Origin: Azolla caroliniana
Lineage: Eukaryota; Plantae; Polypodiophyta
NCBI GenBank assembly: GCA_043228905.1
Contig: JBHGNT010000016.1
Location: 17,546,001-17,610,000 of the forward strand
Direction: 5' to 3'
Length of the DNA stretch: 64,000 bases
Positions 24,721-36,440 of this stretch are shown piece by piece; position 1 is the first letter of the stretch, and every line of letters starts with the position of its first letter. A program made the position numbers and the translations under genes. A model generated the notes under the pieces. The model was not told the origin of the DNA. It saw only the letters and a program-made list of their open reading frames with translations, and did no database searches.

Positions 24721-25385
24721 TGTTGGGATTTCGGTCCCTCCGGATGGGATGTCCGGAGATGAATGACGGCAAGCCCGGAGGCTGTTACGGAACCGTATGA
24801 TGAAGAGTACCCGGCATGAAGCCGGATGAAGAGTACCCGGTTACGGAGCCGGATGCTGAAGACCCCGGTTACGGAGCCGGATGCTGAAGACCCCGGTTAC
24901 GGAGCCGGATGACGTATGTACCCGGAGAGAGATCCGGATGCGGGGACATATTTGTGAATATGTTTGCTAAGGGCCCTTGAGGCTATATTTGTAAATAGCC
25001 CGAAAGTCATACGTGTATAAATATGACTTAGGGCAAACAGTTTATGTTGTTGCTCATTTTTCTGTTTTCACTTAGAGGGAGTGAAGAGAGCAGCCAGAGA
25101 GAGAGGGAGAGAGAGAGAGACGAAGAGGTCGTTGCCTCTGTGTATTGCCGCCGCCTGTGGCGAAGACAGTGAGCACAAGGTTGTTGCCTTGTAGCTTCAC
25201 CATTGTACATCCCTGTTCATAGTGATGGTTGGAGTCTGAGAACTGCCGTGGTTTTTCCCATTTAGGGTTTTCCACGTAAAATATTCTGTGTACTCTCTCT
25301 TTCTATTGTCTCGTGCATTCTGTATTTCCTGTTTTCCAAGTGTTGATCCTATTCCTCGGTTGTGGCCGAGCACTTTTTTTCAACA
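24721..25385 (+). repeat. 3' LTR of H (665 bp)
   Basis: Copy of 19930-20622 lacking one 28-bp unit. Confidence 0.96.
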
Positions 25386-25528
25386 GGTAATAATGCATGC
25401 ACACTTTAAACAAGTAGTGGAGCCCTTATTACTATTTTTAGACTATTACTTACATTAATCGTAGCATTCTCTATTCCCTAGGCATCATGCAACGATTCAT
25501 TTCCTTAAAACCTATTTCTTCATCTTCT

Positions 25529-28093
25529 ATGTCAACAACGCAGAGACAGAAGCGTATTTGTGCTGAAAAGTTTTCTGCTCTTCCGCGCTATAGCCTAAAG
25601 CTTTCTTCATAGAACGTCGATCTTTCTCTCAAAGACGAAATAATGCCAATCCTTGTTTCCAATAACCTGCGCCAGTGGCTCGTGAACAAGTATCTGCAGG
25701 GTTTCATCAAGGTTGCAGAGGTAGAGCCCCACCCTCGTGCGGCAAAACTTATGTAGCAGATTGACGTCTCCAAAATAATGAACAAACAAGTACATTGAGT
25801 ACTAGAATTAAAACAAGAAAGCTTTCATGATGTCTAGAAAATGGACAAGGACATGCTCAGGTCGTATTTTGGAGAATATTCTCCCTCGGCCAAAGCTTTT
25901 CAAACAAGGGGAGGGGAGAACGAATTCTTTCATGAAGTGGCCAAGTTTTTGTTAGAAATGGGTTTTGTTAGTCCCCGATTTTACGACATGCCCAAAAAGA
26001 GAGCTGACTTCATAATCACCATGTACAAGGGCGAAGTTTTTGACTGAGGGTTGCTGTCAGCAGAAGCTCTACGGGAGTAGTCGCATGGGGTGCAAAAAGG
26101 GAAACCAATGAAGCTGATCTTTGCTCGCTAGTTGTCGGTACTTTTTCTGACATAGAGATCGGAAAATCAACAAGAAGAAAAGAGGACGCCATGGCCACAA
26201 GCAACTTCCCGACCCCGAAGACAGGTACAACGTGAGGAGTGGTAGGAAGCATAATCGACGCAAGTAGATGCCATGCAACCGTTACCCTCACTAGTTCCGA
26301 AGTCAACACAAATTCCCCAACCTGACTCTATACCTATCCCACAACCAACTCCACAATTGCCCCAACCTGTGGAACCTGACCAACCGGCGCAATGACAACA
26401 TCGGGTAAAGCAAAGGGCTCAACGCTTTCCGTAGGCTCAGCAAGAGGAACCTACACAGAAAAAACAAAGAACAGAGGAGCAAGTTACGCAACCCACCCAA
26501 AGGACCTCGTGTCAATCCAAATGACACAACCAGACTCCAGAAAGGGAAGTCGTCGGTAACAACGGTACAAGAAGCAATGACATTCTCCAACATCCCTCTG
26601 GCCGCACATGAACTTGCCGCCATTCTACAATTCGGCACTTCCTATGAATTAGTAGAGTGGTTGGCCCATAGATTACAGGAGGTGTCGGAGAGAATGGCAC
26701 AGGAGCACTGGGATCAGATAATGATCCAGAAATCATTAAGTGGAGTTGTCGAGCCGTAGGAGTAGCAGGACGTCGATTGGATCGGTCGACAACGAAATGC
26801 GAAAAATAAGGGAGAAGCCATCCAAATGCCACCATTGCATGAGGCTCTAGTTGAGGTACATAGAGAATATGAAAAGGCAAGCCGAGCAGCCAAGGATATG
26901 GCTAATTTGTATAAAAAGGCAACGGCAACGTCGGAAATTTTGAATGCTCAATGCACAAATAAGCAAGCCGAAAACCAGAAGTTATCGGAACGACTTCGAC
27001 AGACAGAAGAACAACTACAGAAAACAAAGGAGGAATTGTTGCAGCAAACTTCATCAAGCAAACCCTTAGAGTTTGATCCAAACCTGCAACAAAAATTACA
27101 ACAGGCAGAATCAACACTCAAGGAAGCAGAAGCCAGAGCTAAGAAAGCCAAAACCCGATCAAAGAAAATAGAGGATCCGTTACAATTAGCAAAAACGGAA
27201 GTCGGCAAATGGCTAGATGCCAAGGACAATTTGGTTCAAAGGTTGCACCAACACGCAGAACAGGTCGAAGAACTCGAAGAGTGTGTCAAAATCCAAGAGG
27301 AAACTGCGCGGAATAGCTAGTGGAAAAGGAAAATCTGTTCACTCAACTGAACGAGAAATATACTCAAGAGCAAGAGGAATGGGCATCCGCGAAATAGAAT
27401 TTAGAATAGCGGTGTGCAAACCTAGAAGCCATCTCGAAACAACGACGACTTGACTTGTTGGTCGCTCAAGCACGGCTGTTGCGAGCGGAAAGTGCAACCA
27501 ATGCACAGATCACTGATTTGCGGAAGGCATTGGCAGAAGCACAATTTCGAATGAGTATGGGCGAGGAAAAAATACGCACAATACTCAAACACCACAAACT
27601 CAACACCTTCAAAATGGTCACCGAGTCAATGGATAAGGGTTGGAAGACCTAGGTGGCACAAGCATCAGAACTTCAACTTCTACGAGCCGACAGGGACAAC
27701 CGAAAGGCACAAGGACAAGGCTTCTTCAAAATGATGGAAGAAGCAATATCAACTGTTCAAGAAGATATTGCTAAAGATTTGTACGACATGGTAGCTTGTC
27801 ACTGCAATGACATTGGTCGACTTATGCAGGAATTCGATAAACATGACATCGACACAGCTGTTCAGTTGGACGCCTTTGAAGCCGAAAGACAAAGCTAAAT
27901 TCCAGGGCTCGGCGCACCAGAGCCAGTGGCACCATCACCACCAAGACCATCGATCGAGGATACACAACAACCCGCAAATTCAAACAATGACGACAAAGAG
28001 AGCCAACAACACGAACCTTCCCTGTTTGATATTTTGTAGGACGACACTAAAGATGAATTGGACGAGGACCTTCCTTCCGACCAGCCGGCATAG
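25529..28093 (+). pseudogene. Extra sense ORF of G (about 850 codons): N-terminal globular part, disordered linker, long coiled coil, acidic tail
   Basis: ATG 25529 is in frame with 25841-26047. Pieces 26577-27320 and 27455-28093 continue with in-frame stops and about 2 frameshifts. It lies between integrase and the 3' LTR. Confidence 0.72.
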
Positions 28094-28144
28094 AAGGGTA
28101 CCGTGGGTTACCCGGGCAAGGCCCTGGCCCACGGGCGTGCCAAA

Positions 28145-28647
28145 TGTTACCTAGACAAAGGGGTGGACGGACATAGTGGGGAAGCATTGGAGTCGGAAGT
28201 TCAGAGTCGAAATCAAAGTCGGATCAAGGGAGAGGATCGATGAGTCATCATTTTGGTTAATAAAAGTTAATACCGAAAGTTATAGTTAGTTACAAAGTTT
28301 TGTCGTTCTTGTTGATAGGGCAAAATGTATTTCTTGATGAGGAAGTCATTCAGGTTGCCGATAAAAAGGGAACCGAACGCATTGTAAAATCTATTGTTTT
28401 ACTTTTAGTAATATAAGTTTAGTGGTAGGAATTCTTGGTGTGCAACTGTTTATTTTTTGGTTATCTATTTCCACTCTACTACAACTGTATTACGTAAGTA
28501 ACGATCTCGATGTATGTGTAACATCGATAAGATTACAATAACTTAGTATCTATTCGCACAACCACAATTCTTTGATAGAATGTAGAGTACGAAATGTTCA
28601 AACTCTGTTGTGTGTTAGCAACAGAGTCGGTTGTCGGCCAAACAACA
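28145..28647 (+). repeat. 3' LTR of G
   Basis: Direct repeat of 14001-14518 followed by TSD CCGGA. Confidence 0.92.
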
Positions 28648-30840
28648 CCGGAGCATGATTGCACATGCTAGGTGGTCAAAGATGTTTTGGGTTGCGACGT
28701 TGATGACGACGACCTATGTGATAAGCAGGTCACCCTTAGCGCCCTTGGACAGAGACACACCACAGAGAGTATGGATCGGTAAAGATGGATCGGTAAAGAC
28801 GTCTCTTACCGGCATCTGAAGGTGTTCAATTGTCTCGCTTGGCTCCGTGCATGTTGCAAAGGACAAGAGAGAAAAATTGGATCCGAAATCCCAGCCATGC
28901 ATATTCCTTGGGTACGGCGATGATGAGTTTGGCTATTGAGTGTGGGACTTGGTCGACAAAAAGTTCTTCCGGAGTCGAGACATACTCTTCATGGAAGATA
29001 GGACAATTGCCGACAGGGAGTCGAAGAAGAAGATGCAAGGACCCATTCGGCCGGAAGCCGAATGACGCTCGAAGAACCGGCCGGAGTCAAATAAGAAACC
29101 GAACCGACCGAAGAAGATGAAGAATCGGACATCGAGACTGGACAAGACCCCGAATCAGATTCGAATGAAGAACTGGCGGAGGAACCGGTTTTCACAAGGT
29201 CAGAGATATCCTCGAACGGAAAGAAGAGCCCCCTGAAGATTTCCGAATGAAGTGCGAGTACTACTGACCAATGAGGGGGAACTAGAAACCTTCAAAGAAG
29301 CAAAGAGAGACACCCACAGCTGCAAGTGGTTAAGTGCCACGTAGGATGAGATGGATTCCGTGCATGAGAACCACACATATGAATTGATAGAGCGGCCAAG
29401 AGGAAACAAAGCACTCAAGAACAAGTGGGTGTACAAGTTGAAACCGGGAGATGCCTGAAATCCACCGAGGTACAAAGCCCGCATTGTGGTGAAGGGCTTC
29501 CAGTAGAACAAAGGAGTGGATTTTGATGAGATCTTTGTCCTAATAGTGAAAATGACATCCATCTGGACTATGTTGAGCATTGCCGCAAGCATGGACCTCA
29601 AGGCAGAGCAACTAGATGTCAAGACGGCGTTCCTACATGGCGACCTCGAAGAAGAAATCTACATGCAACAACCGGAAGGGTTCATCAAGAAAGGGAAGGA
29701 GCACCTGGTGTGTCAGGTGAAGAAGAGTTTATACGGATTGAAACAAGCTCCCCGGCAATGGTACCAGAAGTTCGACTCCTTAATGACCGACCAAGGATAC
29801 CACAGAGACACAGGCCGACCATTGGGTGTTCGTGAAGAATCTCGACGGAATCGACTGCTTGATACTCATGTCGTATGTGGATGACATGTTAATCGTCGAA
29901 CCGGATCGGGAATCTGAAGAAGGTCTTGAATTGGACCTTCTCAATGCAAGACTTGGGCCCTACAAGACAGATATTGGGGATGCACATAGTCCGGGACCAG
30001 AAGAAGAAGCAATTATGGTTGTCATAGGAGAAGTACGTGATAAAGGTGCTTCAAAGGTTCAACGTGATGGATGCCACGCCGGTCGGGTCGACACTTCCAG
30101 CAAATTGCAAGCTTCCTGGGAAGCAAAGCCCGAAGACCAAGACGAAGAAGTTGGAGATGATGAAGATACCATATGCCTCTGCCGTTCGAAGCTTGATGTA
30201 CGCAATGGTGTGTACCCGGCCAGATATTAGATATGTAGTCAGAGTGATCAGCCAGTTCATGAGCAATTCGGGAAGAGAACAATGGACCGCGGTCAAGTGG
30301 ATAGTCTGGTACTTGAAAGGCACCTCGAACATATGTCTCTAGTTCAGCTCCATTAAACCACTATTGGAAGGCTTTACGGATTCAGACATGTCGGCTGATG
30401 TAGATACCAGTCGGTCCACATCCAGATATGTTATGACCTATGCAGGGGGAGTCGTATCGTGGCAGTCGAGACTACAAAAGTCCGTTGCACTGTGGACAAT
30501 GGAAGCAAAGTACATGGCAGTCGTGGAAGCCGGCAAGGAGATAGTCTAGATGAAGGACTTCATCGGAGAGTTGGGAATCTGATAGGTGGAATATCGGCTC
30601 CACTGCGACAGTCAAAGTGTCATCCACCTTGCAAAGATCGCACCGTACCACTCCAAGACGAAGCACATCCAGCGCAGATACCACTGGCTCCGGGAGAGAG
30701 TAGAAGAGCAAGTCTTCGCGTTGGTAAAGATCCACACAAAAGAAAACAAATCGGACATGTTGACCAAGGTATTGTCAGCCGACAAGCTGGACGAGTGCAG
30801 AAAATAGATCAAATTGACAAGACATCCCATGACGGAGTGA
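28648..30840 (+). pseudogene. Copia E integrase-RT-RNase H (3' part)
   Basis: RSMIAHA continues ERVRSMLAHA across the G insertion; QLDVKTAFLHG, YVDDML, FTDSD, SDMLTK. Confidence 0.9.
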
Positions 30841-30850
30841 AGGGGGAGAT

Positions 30851-31272
30851 TGTTGGGAAACCTGTCTCTCCGATGAGATCCGGAAGATACCCAGAAACCG
30901 CAACGGATGGATGCGGAAGGTATCCGGATGGATCCAGTGTAAACCGGAAGTAGGGACAGATTTGTAAATAGGTTTCATGTGAGCCGTTGAGGCTACATTT
31001 ATAAATATCCCTAAAGTTATATAAGTATAAATATAACTTAGGGCAATCATTTTAACGATGAAATGTTGTTATCATTGTACATAGAGAGATAAAGAAAGCT
31101 TTTTTGTTGTAACCGTCGGTTGGCGACGACAGAGCTTGAGATCATTGCCTCTGAGTCTCATGTTGTAGTACATTTGCCCTAGAGTCTGCGAACTCCTGTG
31201 GTTTTTCCTCTTGAGGTTTTCTATTCGGTTGTTTTATTGAGACTCGATTGTGGCTGAGCACTATTCCTCTCA
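30851..31272 (+). repeat. 3' LTR of E
   Basis: After PPT GAAGGGGGAGA; TGTTGGG...TATTCCTCTCA; the 3' half matches 9983-10275. Confidence 0.85.
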
Positions 31273-31449
31273 AAAATGTGCTCAATCAACACTTTTTATA
31301 CAAGCCCCTCTCAGAATGGGCTGACCAAACTATTGATATGTACTCCAATGCTCATGAATGAGCCACTGACACTAATTGCCTACAATATACCTTTTTACTA
31401 AAAATAGGTATATAGCCACTAACCGGCTTCTTCAGCCGATTGGCCCATG

Positions 31450-32693
31450 TTGAGCATGTCACTCAACAAATACCTCTGGTGTACCATAAGCTACAAATAA
31501 GATGATTGGGTGAACTTCCTTGCAATGGCGGAATTTGCCTACAATAATAGTATCCATGCTTCAACTTAGGTTTCCCCATTCTTTGCAAACTATGGGTTCC
31601 ACCCTCGTTTCAACATTTCCATTCTCGTGAATCTTATCAAGCCTTCAACAGAGACATGTGCCCGCACTTTACAAGATGTCTATCACGACCTCTCCCTTGA
31701 GATCCATATCATTCCGCCAAACCAACCTTTGCATTCGGTGACATGGTTTGGTTGTTACGTCGCCACATCACCACCACACGCTAAATTGGACTACAAAAAG
31801 CTAGGCCTCTTCCTTATCTTCAAGCGAATCAATCAAGTCACCTTTTGGTTAGAGTTTCCCCTAGAATTCAGGATTCACAATGTTTTCCATGTTTCTCACC
31901 TTGAACTCTACCATCCTTCTTGAATTCCAGGACGACAACCTCCTTCTTGTCAATAGGGGAGGAGTACGAGGGTGACTAGATCCTCGACTCCTACTTGCGT
32001 CGTCGAAAACTTCAATATTTGGCTACCCCATTTTTTATGCCATGTGGGAGCCGGTTACACATTTGCAAAATGCTCCAAAGCCATTAGAGCTTTTCATCAA
32101 CGGTACCAACGTTTCCCTCCTTGAATTCCTTGAATTCTAGGATGACAACCTCCTCCACCGCCACCCATGGAGTTGTCAATAGGGGAGGAGTATGAGGGTG
32201 ACCATATCCTCGACAACTTTAATATTTGGTTACCCCATTTTTTACGCCATGAGGGAACCGGTTACACATTTGCAAAATGCTCCAAAGCCATTCTAGAGCG
32301 AGGGAGGATAATGTCACAAACCTAGATGCCACTATGGAATGTAAGGGTTGAACCCATGACCTCTTGGTCTCCATTGGGCAACCTTGCCAATTGAGCCACA
32401 TCCATGTAAGTGTAGTTATATAAAATCCACTTAATGTATTATAGATTGAACACTAGAACTTTCTAGAAACTTCTAGAGAATGCATCCTCATGCATTCTCT
32501 AGAAGTTTCCTAGCTTGTATGCATACCTCCACCTTCTTGCATAAATACTCAGGTGCACCTTGATTCTAATCAAGGTGAAGAACACTCATTACAGAAGCAT
32601 GATTTTTTGTTCTCTTTCTCTTCTCTCTTCTCTCTTCTTTCTCTTAGTATTTAGTCTCATCTTGGTTCTGCTCGCTTATACTCATCCATGACA
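31450..32693 (+). mobile_element. Degenerate chromovirus (J-related) 3' remnant: integrase end, duplicated chromodomain, PPT, 3' LTR 32312-32693
   Basis: DDWVNFLAMAEFAYNN, KLDYKKLG, IHNVFHVSHLE, GEEYE..ILD present twice; PPT AGAGCGAGGGAGGA; LTR TGTCA...TGACA. Confidence 0.82.
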
Positions 32694-32899
32694 GAGGTTG
32701 GTTGACTTGTGCGAAAGTATGTAAGGATCTTGTTGGTAGGAACAAGACAAGCATGTCAAATTAAGTAAGAAGTATGGTGTATTGTTCAATAAACAAGCAA
32801 GATACGTTAAGAGAAGTAAGAGACAATTACACAAAGAGAAAGATACTTTCATATTCAAATACCACTGAAGTACATTACAAGGCACAGATGGTAACAAGG

Positions 32900-35245
32900 C
32901 CCTAACTCCAAAGAAAAGTCATACTAAAGAGACAAATGGGTGGAGTAGGAAGTTTGGTCCAACACATGGTCAAATATGATCAAAGGCAAAGCATTGTATC
33001 AAAGTCTGATACTCAGACAAAGTGTGCATAGTCGACCACTGTCATCATTTGTGCCCTAACGTCCCATCTCACATCGCAATGCATGTGAGCTAGGTCGCAT
33101 TGAAGCAATGGTTCTAATGGCTGATAATGGGATGGGCTCTAACATGTATCGATGTGTACGGTTTCCCCATTCCGCAAAGAATATGGTTAGGCGTAACATG
33201 TGTAGTATAATGTGTGAAGCATGAGCCTCCACATTTGCTCCATGTCATGATACATTGGCGTTACAAAAAGGCCTCATTTGCAAAGGAATCTAGTGATTCA
33301 TCATGAATCAAGTGTGTTGCAGCCCATCCACCAAACCATTTTTCCATATCTTGCATCCAACCGGAATACAAAATTTTTCTTTTATGTTTCTTTTGGATCT
33401 TTTTGCTTGCTTCCCATGCAATTCTTGGAAGTCGATGTGAGGGAATCTTTTGAAACTTAAGCATGTATTCTATTGATTAACAAGCTCAACATGAAGCCGG
33501 ATCAGCTAAAGGCCGAAAGGCCGAATCAATTGAAGAAGACGAAAGTCGAATCAGTTAAAGAAGCTGAGACCTAAATCAGTTGGTAGGATTGGTTGATAAC
33601 CAAAAGAGGGCCATAGGGCTGGATCAGCTAAACAAGTTGTTAGAACCTACATTCCTGTTTTAGTAATAGGAATATTATAGGCAAGTTAGATGTCAGATCT
33701 CATGATCAGCTTTTAGTACTTGTCAATATTTGTGTCAACCCACTATCAAGGGCTTGTATATTAAGTGCTCTATGAGCGCATTGTATGTACAAATTCCTTT
33801 TGTAATAGAGAAATTGCATTGTTTGCTAACTTTGTCTCTCTCTCATTCTCACTGTGTACTCCATCTCCATCACCATTCTCTATGTTTTACCTAATTGTTT
33901 ACTATCTACCTGTCCAGCTGAAGCGTCAAATCTCATGACGAGCATTTAGTACTTGTCAATATTTGTGTCAACCCACTGTCAGGGGCTTGTATATTAAGTG
34001 ATCTGTGAGCGCATTGTATGTACAAAGTCCTTTTGTAATAGAGAATTTGTGTTGTTTGCTAACTTTGTCTCTCTCACTCTCACTATGTACCCATTCTCTG
34101 TGTTTTACCTAATTGTTTACTATCTACCTGTCCAGCTCAGCAGTCTGCTAAAGTTTCCGCACACATATTATTTTTTCATATTCAAAAACCCTTTACATGG
34201 CCACGAGCTCAATGGGAAATGATCTCATCTCAAGGAGGAGGGTGTATGGCGTTTGTTTCTTAACTTATAGAAACTTTGTAAGAAAATGTTTTTGGACATT
34301 TTCAAACTCTTTCCAAGTAGATTTAGGGAGGCTACCACCCCATAGAGAAGCATCGGTGTCACTAAAGTGTCAAAAAGATATTTTTGAGGACCCAACACTT
34401 AATATCTCCATTATTGCATTTTTTCTCAAATGCATAATATGCTCGCTTTCCTGCCTCTAAGCAGCGTGTAGAACATTCATTCCATCTATGATTTGAAGGA
34501 ACTTCAAGGCCAAGATATTTGAAGCTTTCCACACATTCAAGTGGCTCATTATTGTACATAATGCATGGTTTATCTTTTTGTTGGCTCTTCACAAGCGTAA
34601 TCTCTATTTTTGAGCTATTGACACTTAATTTAATATGCATGCAAAAAAATTCCAATGCCTTCATAAGCTTTTGTGCATCTCCTAAAGTATTGCAAAAAGC
34701 ATTACATCATCCGCATATAGCAATAACATAATGACAACATTCCCAATGGCAACTTCTTCAACACCTTTCTTTACAAACTTGGCAACCATTTCTTTCAATT
34801 CATCAATGCATAGACCAAATAGAGTTGGTGAGAGTGGGCATCCTTGCTTAACACCAACAGTGCTACTGAAAAAATCTGAAAGTCTATCTTCATATACACA
34901 CAACATATAACATTCTCATATATTCAGGAAATTGCAAACATATATTCAGTAGGCACCTTGAGTTCTTCCATTTGCCTCCAAAGATGCTCATGAGGTACCA
35001 TATCAAAAGCTTTCTTGAAGTCTACGAAGCAACAATATAAACCTTTACCTCTAAGGTAACTTTCCCCCATTAATACTCGAAGGGTGACAAGGTGATCAAT
35101 GGTGCTATGGTGTTTTCAAAAACTAGCTTGTCCATAAGCTCTCCTACCATTTTCTTTGATTCCATTATACATCCAAATAATTTTGCCATTAGCGACCCAA
35201 CCATGATGGTTCGATAGTTGTTTACATTATTTACATCTCCAACTT
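32900..35245 (-). mobile_element. 5'-truncated degenerate non-LTR retrotransposon (LINE) ORF2: RT plus C-terminal region
   Basis: NYRTIMV, CFVDFKKAFD, GVKQGCPLSPTLF, LLYADD, ESFKYLG, then SSHALRCEMGR..RLCTLC. Interrupted at 33471-34197. Confidence 0.85.
33471..34197 (+). repeat. Solo LTR-like insert (Copia B/F/I-related) with an internal tandem duplication of about 230 bp
   Basis: Starts TATTGATTAACAAGCTCAAC (cf. TGTTGAGCGGCAAGCTCAAC), ends CTTTACA. 33698-33920 is repeated at 33931-34137. No TSD seen. Confidence 0.6.
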
Positions 35246-35945
35246 TATGTAAGTGTGTGAGAGAGAGAGATTAGTGTTTGGTGTTTGGTTTTATAACACT
35301 TAACACTAATCACTCACAAGTATGAGAAAAAGATGGGAGAGAACTCTAGCTTAGATTCAATGGGGAAGAGAAAACTTTGAAAGTTCAAGAAGAAGAACTA
35401 AAAAGGCACAAAAGTGACTTTTACACCTTTTTTACAAAGAGGTTGTGCCCTTTCACAGTAGAGTGTCATTAGGCTCAAAGTTGTAAAACTACCTATAGGC
35501 TATATTGTGTTCCCCTTCTCTTGGTCTCACACGTGGCCTTTAGTACCAATGTTGATATCTTCATAGTATCGTGCTACATGAAACATGTATTTAACATCTA
35601 CTACCATCCATAATGTTCTACAACCTTCCATAATGCTCTACTAGATTCCATAAAATGTGTCATTTGTCATTTCAAACTAAAAAAGGTCTATTTTTTGGAA
35701 GACAAAAACCCACAACCTTAACATTGTAATATATTATTGTAATAATTTTTAAAAATTGACTCATGAATCTATATGCAATAAAATGCTAAGGTGGAGAGGG
35801 TTGTTGAAAATATTGTGCATGATGATGTTTTCACATTTTCCTTTAGTGTGTAATGTCTCTTTCTAGTTATATTTGTCTATAGGTTGTCTAGACTCTATAC
35901 AATGCTAAATGGCCTTAAGGACACTTATAAATCAACTAGCAATCT

Positions 35946-36440
35946 GCCCAGTTTGGTTTCGGTTCGGTTTGGTTTCTTTGTCTTGAAACCAAACCAAACC
36001 ATTTATATAAAACAAAAACCAAACCAAACCACTTATGAACTTTCAAGCCATTTAAACCAAACCATTTTAAAATGAAAACTGTTTAGGAAAAAGTTGAAAC
36101 CAAACTAACCATTTAATAAAAAGTTTAAACCTAACCACATTTAAATCAAACTAAATAAACAAAAATACACTAAATCAAATAAACATCTATGTTAAATTAA
36201 TTAATTAAACCATTAAATTACATAAACATTTAAGGGGAATATAAGTTAGCCCAAAAACTAATAAACCTTTAAACCAAACCACTTAAACCTATAAACCGAT
36301 AAACCCGAGTTTTAGAACCGAACCGAACTAAAACCGAACCGTTTATTAACAATTCAAACCAAACCAAACCATTTAATTATTTTGGAATTGATAAACCATA
36401 AAACCATGGCTTAATAGTTCAGTTTGAGCCAATATCGGGC
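35946..36440. repeat. AACC(G/A)-rich non-autonomous DNA-transposon/MITE-like remnant
   Basis: Dense AAACC/AACCG pentamers in both orientations, AT-rich; termini not resolved. Confidence 0.45.

Larger units (their letters stand above)
19930..25385 (+). mobile_element. Full-length young Ty1/Copia element H (same pol family as A)
   Basis: LTRs 19930-20622 and 24721-25385 nearly identical, perfect TSD GGTAA/GGTAA, PBS TGGTATCAGAGC 20626-20637, PPT 24709-24718. Confidence 0.97.
14001..28647 (+). mobile_element. Ty3/Gypsy non-chromovirus element G with an extra 3' ORF; structurally complete but degenerate; contains Copia H
   Basis: LTRs 14001-14518 and 28145-28647 (TGTTAC...CAACA), TSD CTGGA/CCGGA, gag-PR-RT-RH-INT order, no chromodomain. 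Confidence 0.93.
9983..31272 (+). mobile_element. Old degenerate Ty1/Copia element E (related to A/H), split by Gypsy G at 14001-28647
   Basis: Partial 5' LTR 9983-10275, PBS TGATATCAGAGC 10279-10290 (decayed iMet type), gag-PR-INT to 14000, integrase resuming at 28648, RT/RH, PPT, 3' LTR 30851-31272. Confidence 0.88.
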
